Below, piece after piece: positions 1-13,100 of a stretch of DNA of 64,000 nt. Location of the stretch: NCBI GenBank assembly GCA_002633005.1, contig NMRA01000005.1, positions 705,835 through 769,834 of the forward strand, in the 5' to 3' direction. Below the pieces are notes generated by a model. The model ran no database searches, was not told the DNA's origin, and saw only the letters and a list, made by a program, of their open reading frames with translations. How positions within the stretch are numbered: the stretch's first letter is position 1; the number at the start of each line of letters is the position of its first letter. The stretch comes from Phoronis australis. Taxonomy: Eukaryota > Animalia > Phoronida. A program made the position numbers and the translations under genes.

Positions 1-344
1 CTGGAATTCCTCTCGAAAAACGGGATGGTCCTTCAGACGAAGGTGTGACAATTTTGTTTTGTTGAATTTGATTGACGAGCTCTGTTGTAGCTTCAGAAAC
101 ATTAAACAAACCTGCCTTGGATTGTTCAAAATTTTCCGCTAGCTAAATTTGATTGTTGTACATGTATGACGTCAGAAACATCGTTCAACAATAAAAATGT
201 GACGCATACAATTGCAACATCATTGGTATTGCCATAGTCCGTGGTATTATACAGCGTATAAATATTGCGCATCCTAACATTCTTTTCTGCTGTATATCAG
301 TATGAAATCAAGATACGTAGGTGTGTTTGAGTTGGTGCTGAGTA

Positions 345-493
345 CAGTGGCGGATTCATGCCCCCCGCCCCCTAAAACTCTCCCACATTCCATTTGGCAG
401 ATCGGGAGTGCGAATGTCTGATGGGCAAAATGCTGGCTAATACCCTGCCCTGCCCCCCCCCCTCCCCAACTGAAAATCCAGAATCCATCCCTG
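345..493. mobile_element. Short MITE of the CAGTGGCGGAT...ATCCNCCCTG family
   Basis: It begins cagtggcggattc, ends gaatccatccctg, and has internal C runs. The terminus type matches the hAT derivatives at 37080 and 60677. Confidence 0.45.
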
Positions 494-1164
494 GAGTATA
501 TGTTTGTACTTTGTGATCTCAGAAATAAAGCTACAACTCGACTTTACACTAAATCTGAGGATCACTAAGTGTTCACCATATGACTGGGCACTCACCTCAA
601 TGAAACATACCATAGCGATTTCAAGCACAAACGTCAAAGGTACTTATCTTGAGTAAGATTATGAGAAATGTAATCGTTGGGTTGGAATTCCAAGCCTTGG
701 ATTATGGGCGCTGATTTTGGAAAAGCGACATTCGTTGGATGAAGGAAACTTGAAAGCAACTGTGCATAGCAAATTTGGCCAAGAAACCTAGCTTACTGTG
801 TTGGAGGCAAGTGACGGTGNGTTCCCCCCCCCCCCCCCCACTCAACATTACATTACATTGCAACGTCTTTAGAGGCTACTGGAGGGTGCGGCTACCGATG
901 GCTCTCTGTTGAAATTTGCGATCACCCCGGTAGGGCAAAAATGGAAACCAAATTTTAATTCACTTGAGCCCTACATATATTCCTGACTGCTTTAATTCAT
1001 GAACAAATGTAACTCGCGTGATTTTTTAAAGAGGCCTTGTTCATCATTTGGACCATTAAACGACCATGACTGGTAACCCTGTCCTTTGAAAACATCCATC
1101 TTTAACTACCATGTCGATGGCTGTTTCATGCATACTTTTCTATCTTTCACCTGCTAACTGTCAG

Positions 1165-4100
1165 AAGGTTTCGACGAAAAATACGATCTTACAATCACCC
1201 GAAGGACCGGCAAATTCGGCGGAAGATGCTGTTACGTGATACCACCGAGCATGCGCGAACCTATGGGTCATTATATCGTGCCTGAAGGTGGACTCCCTTT
1301 ATCATCAGTAGGTAAGTATAGGCTGCAATATTAAAAGGACTGGCAGCTGCCTCAAACATCCTTTTAATATTGGTCCTAGGTTCCAATGGACGTTTCTTGA
1401 ATCGGATGACTAGCAGCTCTGTTTCTTGAAAAACAAATAAAGACTGAAGTATGATAAATTTGGTCTTACACTGCACGCCTCTATTGCTGAAAATAGTAAA
1501 ATATCACCTGTGCAAAAGTGCGAAGTCTCTGAAAAGACGTACATAACTGCTAGTTTTTGAGATGTTCACTATAAATTATTTATAAAGTGCTACACCCAGC
1601 ACTGACACAATGCTATTGAGGCCTGTCATTTTGAAGAAAAGAGTATCTACAGCCAAATTAGTGGACTTCTCTCGACATCAGTGTTCACAAACCTACATGT
1701 AACCTCTCGAGCATACTCGCAAAACGCGCACCTTTAACTCACGTGGTTTTGTGTACATTTCGTGATTTTGTCTAATCTTTGCTTATCAAGCAAGAAACTG
1801 TCTACGTAACGCTCCTTTGAGATTTTGTGACGCTTCACAAGGAGCGAGAAATATAGAGTTCGCTGGTGAAATTGTAGAACCTGATGAAAACTCAGAAGGA
1901 GGCAGTGTAGCCTAGTGGTACAAGTGTTAGCTTTTTTACTCGAGATCGTGAGGTCGAGTCCAACTAAAGCATACTGCTATATCCTTGAGTCAGGTCTCTT
2001 ACTCCTCAGCAAGCTCGATTCTAATTATTTATTAATATTATAAAGCATAAAAATGTCTCCTGTTCGGCCAATGGGCCCACCTAAGCAGCCTGCTAAACGT
2101 CTGGTACAACAAGTACTAAACCGCCTACAAACACAGACGGTAATTCAGCCCCACTCCCACCAAGAGCGAAATGGTTCTCAAAATCCAGTAAGGGTAAAAA
2201 ATGTTGCCCTCTTTGATGCACAATTTCTCATGTTTGAATATTTGTCCAAGAGGAGTGACATTTGTATCTTCTACTTTGTAACAAATTCTGAAGACAATGA
2301 GGTTTTCAATCCGATCTATGCACCTAGTCTCTAGAGTCCTTGAGCCCTTACACAAACGGCTTGATGGTGGCCGTGCACCATCTGACCTGATCACTTGTGG
2401 AACCACACGGACATTTCGCTTGCATGTTTTAGCTGTCGTAAGCATTCTCCACATTCTTATTATCGTTGGCTCCTTCCAGATTACCCGCAGCCGGGCCCAT
2501 CTGACTATGACGAGACAAATGTAAACCTTGTAAAAGTAAGAGCGCCTATGTACAGCTGTAGTGGGTGGCCTGAGTCTCTGAAAGGTGAGAATTAGAATAT
2601 AACAGTGTATTTTAAAGCATACATGCGTGCATTGCAACTTCGTTAGAGGATTGAAATAATTGTTCACCTTGTTTTCGAAACACTGAAGTTTGTGACGACA
2701 ACTTTATAGGGTAGTTTGCAGAAACTTGAATAAGAATAATACCACAGTTGTCCTTTTTCAAAATTTTATTTTGTTGACCTTTTGTGGATATCGTGAGACG
2801 TCATAGAATTGAGTGGAATCTCCTCAAAACACATTCGTCTTGAGTGAACTATGAGGTCACTCGTCAAGTAAGTGCTGCATAACTGACGTCACACAACTGA
2901 AGAATTTGTAAGAGATGAACTAATCAACTAGATAATCCAGACTGTGACGTCATGAGTTTAGTGGTTGGACTCCTTTGCCTGCTCAAACAACTTCGTCCGT
3001 GTCACTTTTTGGACTGACGGGGTCACGTCCCACTAATCTTCTAATATCCACAATAAGGTCAATTGCTGAAAATACTCTTAATTCCATAAAATGTTGGCTG
3101 ATGACAGTTGTACAATACACACTAGGTTCGCCGAAATAAAGAAAAACGTTACTTGTGTTTCATTTTCATTGGTAGATAGATATAAAAATGAACCCCCTCT
3201 GTCATGTTGTCTACTGAATTGAAAAAAATTATAAAGAGTTTCTGCCGAATCGTCCAAGTTCTTGCAACCTAAGCATTTGTATCACCGAACATAAGGTTAT
3301 AATAACAATTTGAAATGCATGTAGGTGGAATAAAAAGAAACGGAGCTTGGAAATTTTGACTTCTGAATTACAGTTAAATTGACAATATTTTCAAAGTTCA
3401 GATGTTTTACTGACTCCTGAACGTTACGGTTTAATGTCGTTTTTTGGGCTATCCAAAGGCGACTCCAAGCAGAAGAAAATTATTCATTATTTTTATTTTC
3501 CTTAGATCCGTTCGAGCACCTAATAAGGAAGCCGTCAGCTGAAGCCAAACTCGAAAAGATCAGGCAAAAGGAAGCGAAACCACTGAAACAAAGACACAAG
3601 CCGGGTTTTACGATCAAAGGAAAATCAAGTGCGTTTATTTTCTCTCAAAACTGAGTAACACATTATTCCCATTGGATTATTTGAAAACATAGCGTAGTAT
3701 GTCTTAATTATTGTGAATACAGCATATAAGCAGATTAAATAACAGGGTCAACAACAGAAAAAAAAACAACAAAAGGTTTACATAACCTAATTAGCAAGTT
3801 CATTGGAAACACGTCCAGTGCTCACAAGTTGTCGTTCTAACCCTCTTCATCTCATTCAAATCGCGATTATTTTCGTCATTTGTAGCCTTACGTTCGAATG
3901 TTCTGTGACGTTATTATCTCCTTCGATATTGTCAACTGCTGAGGGCGTCGTCGACATTGGCGAGTCGTGTCGGCGATACACTTGTAGTTGTTGGCATCGT
4001 CTTTGGCAGCGCTGCTGTCTGCATGCCCTCATTTTTTGTGTCGGTATCGGCGTCGTCCTCGTCGACGACGCTTCAGTAGGTGCCTCGCGAATGTTACTTC

Positions 4101-7100
4101 TGACTGGCACCGTGCCATTCGGGACACCTGTGCATGTGCGAACTTCAGCATACGGCCAATCATTCTTCCGTTTCAAAGTCACATGACTTGCCATTAGACT
4201 GAAGGTCGCACATGTGCAGATAACGTTCACCTCCGAGGAAATTTTGAAATTAGAAATTTACCCAAGGTGCTCCGGATAACCGTGCCCGTTATCGTACTGA
4301 AACGTCATTATTGCGCGTCGTCAACTTCATGGTTTTCATAGTTTTTCGTTACATTTTGCCAAGGCAAGTCACTTTCATTTTAAAATATTTTCAATTGCCA
4401 TATATGTTAAAGCTATAAATTCTATAATTGTTGATATGTTGTTTATTTTGCAGTTTCCACCTTATACTTTTGAATTGGGTTCTAAACTATAACACCTGCC
4501 ACTCGAAGTGCAACTTCGAAACTTCTCACAAATACCAAACTATTGTTAGCACAAGGGTTGAAATTAGGAAAAATCTTCAAAAATTCGTGCACCAGTTTGA
4601 AGCTAAAGGTTTTGTTTTAAATTCTTCTCTGTGCTTGAAACAGGTGATATGAATAACAAACGCATCGGACCGGGTCCGGCTGCATACTTCGCCTCGAAAG
4701 ATTGTGTGTACTACCGAGCGCCTCGACCAGTCATTGGGAAGGCCCCGCGTAGAGACTTGGGGTCTCACAAATCCTGTACGCTACGACAACCTCTGGAACT
4801 CTATGGTAAGACTATTTTTAGATGACAAAACGTTAAAACCATAGACATCACTAGTATTAGGATGTCTATGGTTAAAATAGTCCGTAATGGGATTTCAAAC
4901 GTTCACGTGCAGTGACGTCAAGCTCACCGTATCCCGCATGTAAACCGCTTAGTTATTGACATTATCTGTAAATGCATTAAGGCACAGTCCTTATCGACAA
5001 GTCTGTACATTTAGTCAAACATCTACAACACTTTAGAATTTACCTCAGCGAAAGTGTATACTTTCTGAAAGTCGAAATTCCGTAGAAGATAGAAGGAACA
5101 TTCACAAAACACGAGAATCAATAACGCGACTCGTGATCGAAATGCTTAAAATAAAATCTCACAAATGCTGTCAGTTTTCTAAGTAATTGTTTCATTTCAG
5201 ATTTATGCAACTTTAAAACTTTTCATAAAAATCATGCAAACTTGATGGCCTCTCATGCAAAAGCGGAACATTTTAAAAATCTTTTAGAAAATAATGTATA
5301 AAGCACAGTATCTGAAAGCTCCATGTGAATGTGGTCAGCCATGAGATGCGATTTTCCGAAGTTGACCGAAACTGGACATTGTCGACGGTCCTGCATAATC
5401 TTAGCAACCGTTGCATTGGACGCGTCTGCGTGGTTACCAATCCATGAAACCAGCCTCCCCTTCAGTAACGCTAGGATCTCGCTAAAAAGCAAGACGTCGC
5501 GAGATTACGTGAGATATTGCCGTGTATTTTAAGTGAGAACACGTGACTTTGGCTAGATTTTATCTAGATGCTCGCGTAGGTCCTAGCGTTATTGAACGCA
5601 CGTCAGTCCTCACTAGTGGATTACGTCACCGGAAGCAAAATAGTTCAAGTTTGAAGGGACAGTGTTACAGAGTCTTGATAATCCACGTGGTTGGCTGGAC
5701 ACGCCGTCTACCGGTCGAGTGCGTATTAGCCAATTATTCATGAATTTTAAAAGGATACTTGGAACCCTGTTTTCACAATCCTCGTTCTCTCACCTGCTAA
5801 TGCATCATTGGCGTCAATCTTCCCAGTTAAAGGCCGGAATCAGTTAAAAACGCATACTCCCTATGGTAGGAGGCCTTTCCCACGGTAATTCGCTAAAAGC
5901 GAAGGTCATTGATGTTGCCCACTTAGCAAATTTGAAAGGAGTTTTCAATTTTTTTCCAAACTTTTGCAGGTTGTCAGGGGTTACATAGTATTTTTTGTTT
6001 CAGGGAACTGGATGAGAAAGTCTGTTTAAATATGTGTTAGTAGGTCGGTTTGGTGTCCTTTTATGACACGCTCGTACATCCTGCATAGATCCTAACCACC
6101 TCACTGTCAACAGTGTTGAGGTGTTGGCCTCTCATAGAGGTTGGTTGCAATGTAAAATTCAGCTTGTTCTGGGTGGAGTGCAGTAGCTGTCTAGCCAAAA
6201 TCACGTGTTCTCGTTTAAAACACCAAGACAACATGTTACGTAATCTTGCGAAGTCTAGTTGCTTTTTATCAAGGTAATAGCGTAGGTCTAGCGTTACACG
6301 GTTGCCAAGGTTACCTTGACGCGCTCAAAGCATAAAAGTCGGAAAACTGAGTGTGCTTGTATCGTTTTAGCCGAGTCACCTGGCCCAGCTGTGTACGATG
6401 TCAAATACCGTCGAGTCGGTGATGGGCCGAAAGTCACGATAATCCCCTGTCGAGCGGATGGAAATTGTGTCAACAGGAACCCTGGTAGGCAGTTATCAAT
6501 TGTTATGCTCACCGATGCGGTAGTTACCTTTCTTTGCCTGGTTTTGTTCAGTTAACATCTATTACCCAGTGGCGAATCTAGGATATCACAAGGGGGGCCC
6601 AACATTTTGTCCGGCTGTAAGCATTTGCGCAAACCACGATTGTAGATGCGTATAGCACCGAATGGGGGTAGGTCGGGAGGGGGGTTTCTATTTTTTCCTC
6701 TAAAACTCAAGCACTTTCCTTGATTCCTGAAGTATTATCCAAGAAAAAAAAGGCAAAAACAAAACACGGAGAACGTGTCAAACAGAAAAACTGCTAGTAC
6801 CGCAGGCTCGAAATCACGACCTGGCTGTTTGTGCACGCGTGCTTTACCACTACACCACCACGATTTAGCTGCTAATACAGTGTTAAAAGACCTACTTGTT
6901 TATGGTCCACAGCGTTTGCGCGCGAAACCTACTTCTTTTTGTAATGCTTATTACACGTTTTATATTTTGTGCAATCGGATCTTAAAAAATTTGTTGTATT
7001 TAAAATAGTCTTCAAATGCCCAAAAGACCAAATCCGTTTTTCGTGTTGGCAGTAATGACAGGATTGATTTGGAAATAGTCTTAAGTTAAGGTTTGACAAA

Positions 7101-10100
7101 GAGAGAATTATGAGTTTCTGAGTGATTCACTAACGCTTCGATTAAAATTCACATCTTACTAGCAGCTTCTGTTTTTTCATCGTCACTCAGGTTCCATTTT
7201 CTTTAAAAAATGAAGTAAATTTTCTTCATTGCACAGTGCACCAGACGACGGAAACGGAGTCGTAGTGCGCAGCGTCACTGCCGGTCGCCTGGGATATCGC
7301 GGGAAAGCCTATACTTAGCCATAGTTCCGTTACGAATGCGCCGTGTTTCGAATTTGACACTTGAAATTGGATCTAAGCCCTCCCCCCCCNNNNNNNNNNN
7401 NNNNNNNNNNNNNNNNNNNNNNNNNNNNNNNNNNNNNNNNNNNNNNNNNNNNNNNNNNNNNNNNNNNNNNNNNNNNNNNNNNNNNNNNNNNNNNNNNNNN
7501 NNNNNNNNNNNNNNNNNNNNNNNNNNNNNNNNNNNNNNNNNNNNNNNNNNNNNNNNNNNNNNNNNNNNNNNNNNNNNNNNNNNNNNNNNNNNNNNNNNNN
7601 NNNNNNNNNNNNNNNNNNNNNNNNNNNNNNNNNNNNNNNNNNNNNNNNNNNNNNNNNNNNNNNNNNNNNNNNNNNNNNNNNNNNNNNNNNNNNNNNNNNN
7701 NNNNNNNNNNNNNNNNNNNNNNNNNNNNNNNNNNNNNNNNNNNNNNNNNNNNNNNNNNNNNNNNNNNNNNNNNNNNNNNNNNNNNNNNNNNNNNNNNNNN
7801 NNNNNNNNNNNNNNNNNNNNNNNNNNNNNNNNNNNNNNAGGATGCAAAGAATGGCATGTTTTCAATTATTTCACATAAAAAGCCCAGCAGATGAGCACAG
7901 AAACTTTATTCTTTCTTGTATTTTTGACCATTTCATTCCCACTGAAAACCAAGCTAGACTAAGAAAAATAAGGGCAAAAAAATGCAAAATCGGCACTTTT
8001 CACCCGAAAAACACCACTTCCCTGCCGATGCACGACTAAAACCAACATTAGAGTCTGAAAGCAAATTTCCTACCGATTCCGAAAATGTGGTCCAAAAGTA
8101 CTGTCAACCAACTAGTTTTTTGGCAATTCTTGCTTGTTTGAGGGCTGCCTAAAATCACAGCCAATTTCTCGGTCGCTACCCAACAATGCACAATGGCAGC
8201 CGGGGGGCCGCCATCTTGAAGAAGAGTGCAGCTACAGCCAAGAAAGTGGCCTTTTTTTTATTCACAGCATGTTCACAAATACAAACAAACCACATTCACT
8301 GAGCCTACGTGCAATGCCCACCTACAAAATGCCCCCAAACTTGGCCTACCCCAAAATTTCTATATTTTGGCAGTGCAAATTGGCCGCGGCCGCAGCCTAG
8401 CTAACTATTCAGTGCCACCTATACAACATGTTGTAAGCGGCCCTTGGATAACGTTCCTGTGGCATATTCAAAATTTTAAACCAGTACTAATACAGCTAAC
8501 AAAGTATCTCGTAAACATAGGGTATCTGCCACATTCACACAATACTGCAGCGTTAGACCAAACGTCTATTACGAGTGATACATAATTAGCCAACAGGTGG
8601 AGTAATCCATAAGGCGGCTCATAACAGGAGCTGAATACCCTGCACAACATATTCAAAATAGATCAAAAGAAACAAAAACCAGAAAAAGCGCTCTAGGCTA
8701 TAACCGGGAGGATACTGTGTAAAAGAAATTAATTTTCAGCAATATCAACTGACCTCTTTTGGTACCCCTATTTTAACTGAAGGTAAAAATATAATTAAAA
8801 TGTTTCTTTATTTAGTTTCATATGTTCGTTCCAGTTTACTTTCCTTAGAAGAGTGCGTGTGCGAGTGTTTCGTGCTTCCTTGCCCCCCTCCTCCCCCCTT
8901 CCCCTCCTCCCGCCTTCTTAAACCAGTAATACTGTATACATAGTGTTTGTAATAAACAAGTTTGACTGACCAATCAGGCTTCGCTATTCGGGCTAAATGC
9001 AAACTATATTTACAATTGCTAGTTAATTTTATTATTGAAAACCTATATTAAGCTGAACATTTCATGACAAAAATAATTTTTCTTCAGTAATAACCGATAA
9101 AGTGGTGTGAGACTCCAGCCTTAAGGTATTCTATATGAAACAGCACCATGGTGTTCCGACGTTTCTCTAGTGGTACCCATGATCTCCAGATTAGTGTCAA
9201 ACGTTTGAAATATCGACGTTTTTCAAACTAACTGGGAGTTTAAGGTTCGTCTTTTTTGTTAAAATATTCGGAGTACCATTTGCGCTGTAAAGTTTCAAAG
9301 CCATCCTTGGAAATATTACGAATGGTCTACTTCATTGTTTTTTACACTAGAAAATGTCATTTATGCTGAAATGATGATTCGATACTGAAAAATAGATGAA
9401 CCCTCAAGTTGTTGCACGTGGTATATTTATTTAAATTACGAATCTACGTAACAACTGGCTGCTGCTCAGTATGAATTTGACCACCTAACAAAGCTACGCA
9501 CAACTCTGTAATAACGATTGATAAGGCCTCGGCTCCTGCATTTTGAGAGGCAGCTTTCTACACTGTGACAGTCATCAAACTGGGTTTCACTAAAATCCGA
9601 ACCCCTGTAAGTGACTATTTTCCACCACAAGGGCTTCTTTTTAGGCGTATTAATTTCTGCTCACCCCGTTGCATGTGCTCAGTCGTTTTAAGGCCATGAA
9701 GTTCACCTGTGCCGGTGAATGGCGTCTTTAGTGCTCACACCTTCGTTAAAATTATTACAGAGAAGGCAATAAGAGAGTATGTAAAGACAGGGGCTTATAC
9801 TCGAGATCAAATCTTATGAAACATTTATGGGACATTTTGGTTTGGGGCACAGACAAAGATTGTTTTCAGATAACAAACGCACCCAATTCCATCTGTTTGT
9901 CTCAAGTCAACCGACAAGTTTCGCCTGCACCGTGCAGTTTCATTCGCCTTATAAGCTGTTTATTTTATTTCTAGGGCCTGCTCATTACAACATTAAAGAA
10001 ACAAAGACGTCGTTTGGAGCTTCCTTATTATCTAGGCCTGTCACACCACGTAAGTCCTTTAAAATAAATTGTAAATCGCTTGCATGACTGTTCATACTGC

Positions 10101-13100
10101 ATGACAATAGATATGCTACTGTAGTCGGCCTACATCCGAATTGCTCAGTGAAGAGAACGCGTCGTCCTTAGTGTTCTTAACCGCAGCCTACAGGGATGCC
10201 GCTTTGAGTAATGAATTGCTCTACGGAAAACTACCACACGCATCAGTAAAATTACGGGCCTTGTAACGACAAACCCCGGCGGTCCGAGCCCGTCCTAAAA
10301 TCTTGACGAAATGGGCTGCGTACTCCCAACGGGAAGGCTATCTTTGGCCAATTATACATTGCGTGCGACACCGTGTATGGAATCCTTGATAAACTTCCAT
10401 CAAGTATTTCCAACGTTGCCTTGTGTCTTCACAGTTTTAGTAGAGAAGGCTAGAGTTCTGTTATTTTAGCCAGTCTGTATCGAATTAGTTGAGAACTGAG
10501 TAAGAATTGGCTTGGTGTAAAAGGGAGCTAGAAATTAATCACTAGTTGGTTTAACAATTATTACCTTCTTACGAATGTGCAACTACAGCAGATCATACCA
10601 GTGATATCAAAAAGGAAAGTTTAGAGGAATTTAGGTTCTGAGCTTGGCATTTCATAAAGAGGTGCAACCATTTACTTGACCTGTCTAGGGTCGTATTAAT
10701 CTTTATCCCATACGTGTTGCGGAATCAGCCGTTTCAGACCTGTGAGATAAGTACAAAACGTACCTCGATTGGTGTAGATGAAGTAATGACCCACGAGACA
10801 TTATTCCGCGTATCGACCGAGGCCGAAGGAATAACGTCTCGTAGGATATTACTTCATGTACGCCACTCTTGCTGCATTATGTGTATGTATTCGTGTTCCG
10901 TTTGCGCCACTTCACGTCCGTCTGGACGCAAGACACTTATGTGTAGTGCATTCGCAATATCCAGTTATCAAGCAATGGGTATGTAACCTCTTTTCCAGCG
11001 GCTAAGTTGAGCGACAACAGTCCTGGGCCAGCCTCGTACGTCATATCGTCTTCCTTGGGTCATGCTCCGGCTGCAGTCTTGAAACCGGACACTAAAGTTC
11101 TGAAGCGTACGTCATTGGTCTGGGAAAGTGTACTAACTAGATGATTATTTCGAAAATGCAAAATCATTGTACTGAGCTCATGGCCTTCTTCAGGTAGCCA
11201 TGATGATGACCAGTAATCTTGAAAGATTAGAGCAGGAGTCAACTAAAAACTTATACTCCCTAGGTCACAAATTCAATGGTCCTTGGTGGGTTTCCTTTAA
11301 CCACAGTTGCCGCGTAGTCATCTAAACGCGCAGACCTCGCTTGCCCGATCTGCAGACTTCTATAGGAGTTTTCTTCCAAACTTTTGAGTGTTGTCGAGGG
11401 TTACTGAGCATTGTTTTATTTTAGAGAATTGAATGGGAAAGTCGTTTTTAATGTCTGCTAATAGGCCAAAACCTGTTTTGGTGTACTTTTAACATGAAAC
11501 GAATTACATCACTTTGGTGAATTATTCCAAGAATTTTCAATGTTTGGCATCACCATGGCTACTTGTCACTTACAACTTACAGGGGAGTTGTTTTTTTTTG
11601 AACCATGGCTTGATTACAAACAATATGTATTCCTGTCCAAGTAGTTAAAATATAAGCATGATGGTGAAATTTGATTTCCTTGGCAGCTTTGGCTATCTTT
11701 GACAAGTAAATTCCATTTCTTTATAGCTGACCGCCACGTCATGCCGGCGCCAAACGCCTATGACGTCATCAAAGTAACTACCAGAGGCGTTTGGCAAAAA
11801 CCGGAGAAGTTCAATTTTACCTACCGACCGGACGACTGCAAAGGTTTGAATCAGGGTGTAAATGACTCCTGTATCGTTGAAATGTATTGCCTTTTTGGAA
11901 ACAGTTTTGTAATGCGGGATACCTTAAGATACGTGTTGTCGCCAAAACTAATTAGTAGGTATTTTAATAAAAAATTGACCTGTCAATTAGGGAGAAATTC
12001 TCCATTCTAACTGCGATTTCTCGAAAACAGTAAAAGTTCATGTTTTTATTTTACTACGTTTTAGCTGACAACTTCAGCAGGCCGGCACCAAACCAATACA
12101 GTCCAAAATGCACCGAGACGAAATCATGCGCGCCCGCCTACACTCTAAGAGAGAAAACCAAGATCTCATATCCCGACTGTATTAACTATCCCGTCGACTG
12201 TACGTACGATTTCTTTCTTTCGTTCTTAGTCTGCCAAGTACTTTTCTCATCCAGAATTTGTAAAACGTGCTTCCTTAACACTGAACTTCAGTGCCAAGCG
12301 TTACATTCGAAACATTAAAAATGAAGTTGGTACAGTATAAGCGCTATGCCTAAAAGTTAGTGGTGCTGAAAGAATAGCATACAATTGCTGATCCAGGCCA
12401 TTTGTAAAGCGTGGGTCGGATATATGATTTTTTAAAAAAGGGGAGTTCAAGTAAAGAATTTGAAAATTCTAGCTTTGATGGGGTACTTCCCGGATCCGCC
12501 TGTGGAATAATTGAACAGCAATGGAAGTAGGTTTAACAAATTTGTCGTAATCTATTTTTCCTGGGATACGCCACGAGCTATGTTGCAAATTAAAACATGG
12601 TTAGGATTGGGAATAAGGCCATTTATGATGACGTAAGTAGAAGAAATAAAGAAGATTGCAAGATGGACGTTGAAAAAAACGCCACCGGCTTGTACATAAA
12701 AACGCCACCGGCGTGTACATAAAAACGCCACCTGCGTGTACATAAAAACGCCACCGGCGAGTACATCAACACGCCCTTAATAATGGAAGAAAAACATGAA
12801 CACCAAGAAAAGCCTGAAGGGCCTAACAGAAAATGTGTAATAAGAAACGTGAAAACAGGCACCAGGAATTTAGGATGGGAAAAATATTGAGAAAAAAACA
12901 TAGAGGTCTTGTAGACAACGAGTGGCTGCCGAAGAACTAGACCACGCTATACTTATCAAAGAAACTGACCAATAGGTGTCGAGTAGAGAGTTACATGAAT
13001 ACAAAAGTAGAACCCGGAGGATGTAAATAGAAATGAGTAATGTAAAATAAACCTTAAGGTTGATATGAAAATTAAAAGTGACCATTGTCAAAATAATGAC

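Noticed and set aside
1-42. Possible upstream exon of the SHIPPO gene (GIPLEKRDGPSDE, then G|gtgtga)
   Set aside because: The phase fits, but it is truncated by the window edge and has a weak donor, so it cannot be supported.
1900-1975. tRNA gene (also the tRNA-like segments at ~6797-6862 and ~55901-55962)
   Set aside because: Only degenerate A/B boxes are present, without full cloverleaf stems; treated as SINE-derived.
3803-4230. Overlapping 124-127 aa ORFs on both strands
   Set aside because: A GC-richer intronic patch with no recognisable motif and no splice sites fitting the SHIPPO gene; probably repeat-derived.
7275-7894. Long ORFs of 175-196 aa
   Set aside because: They are made almost entirely of X residues from the N gap.
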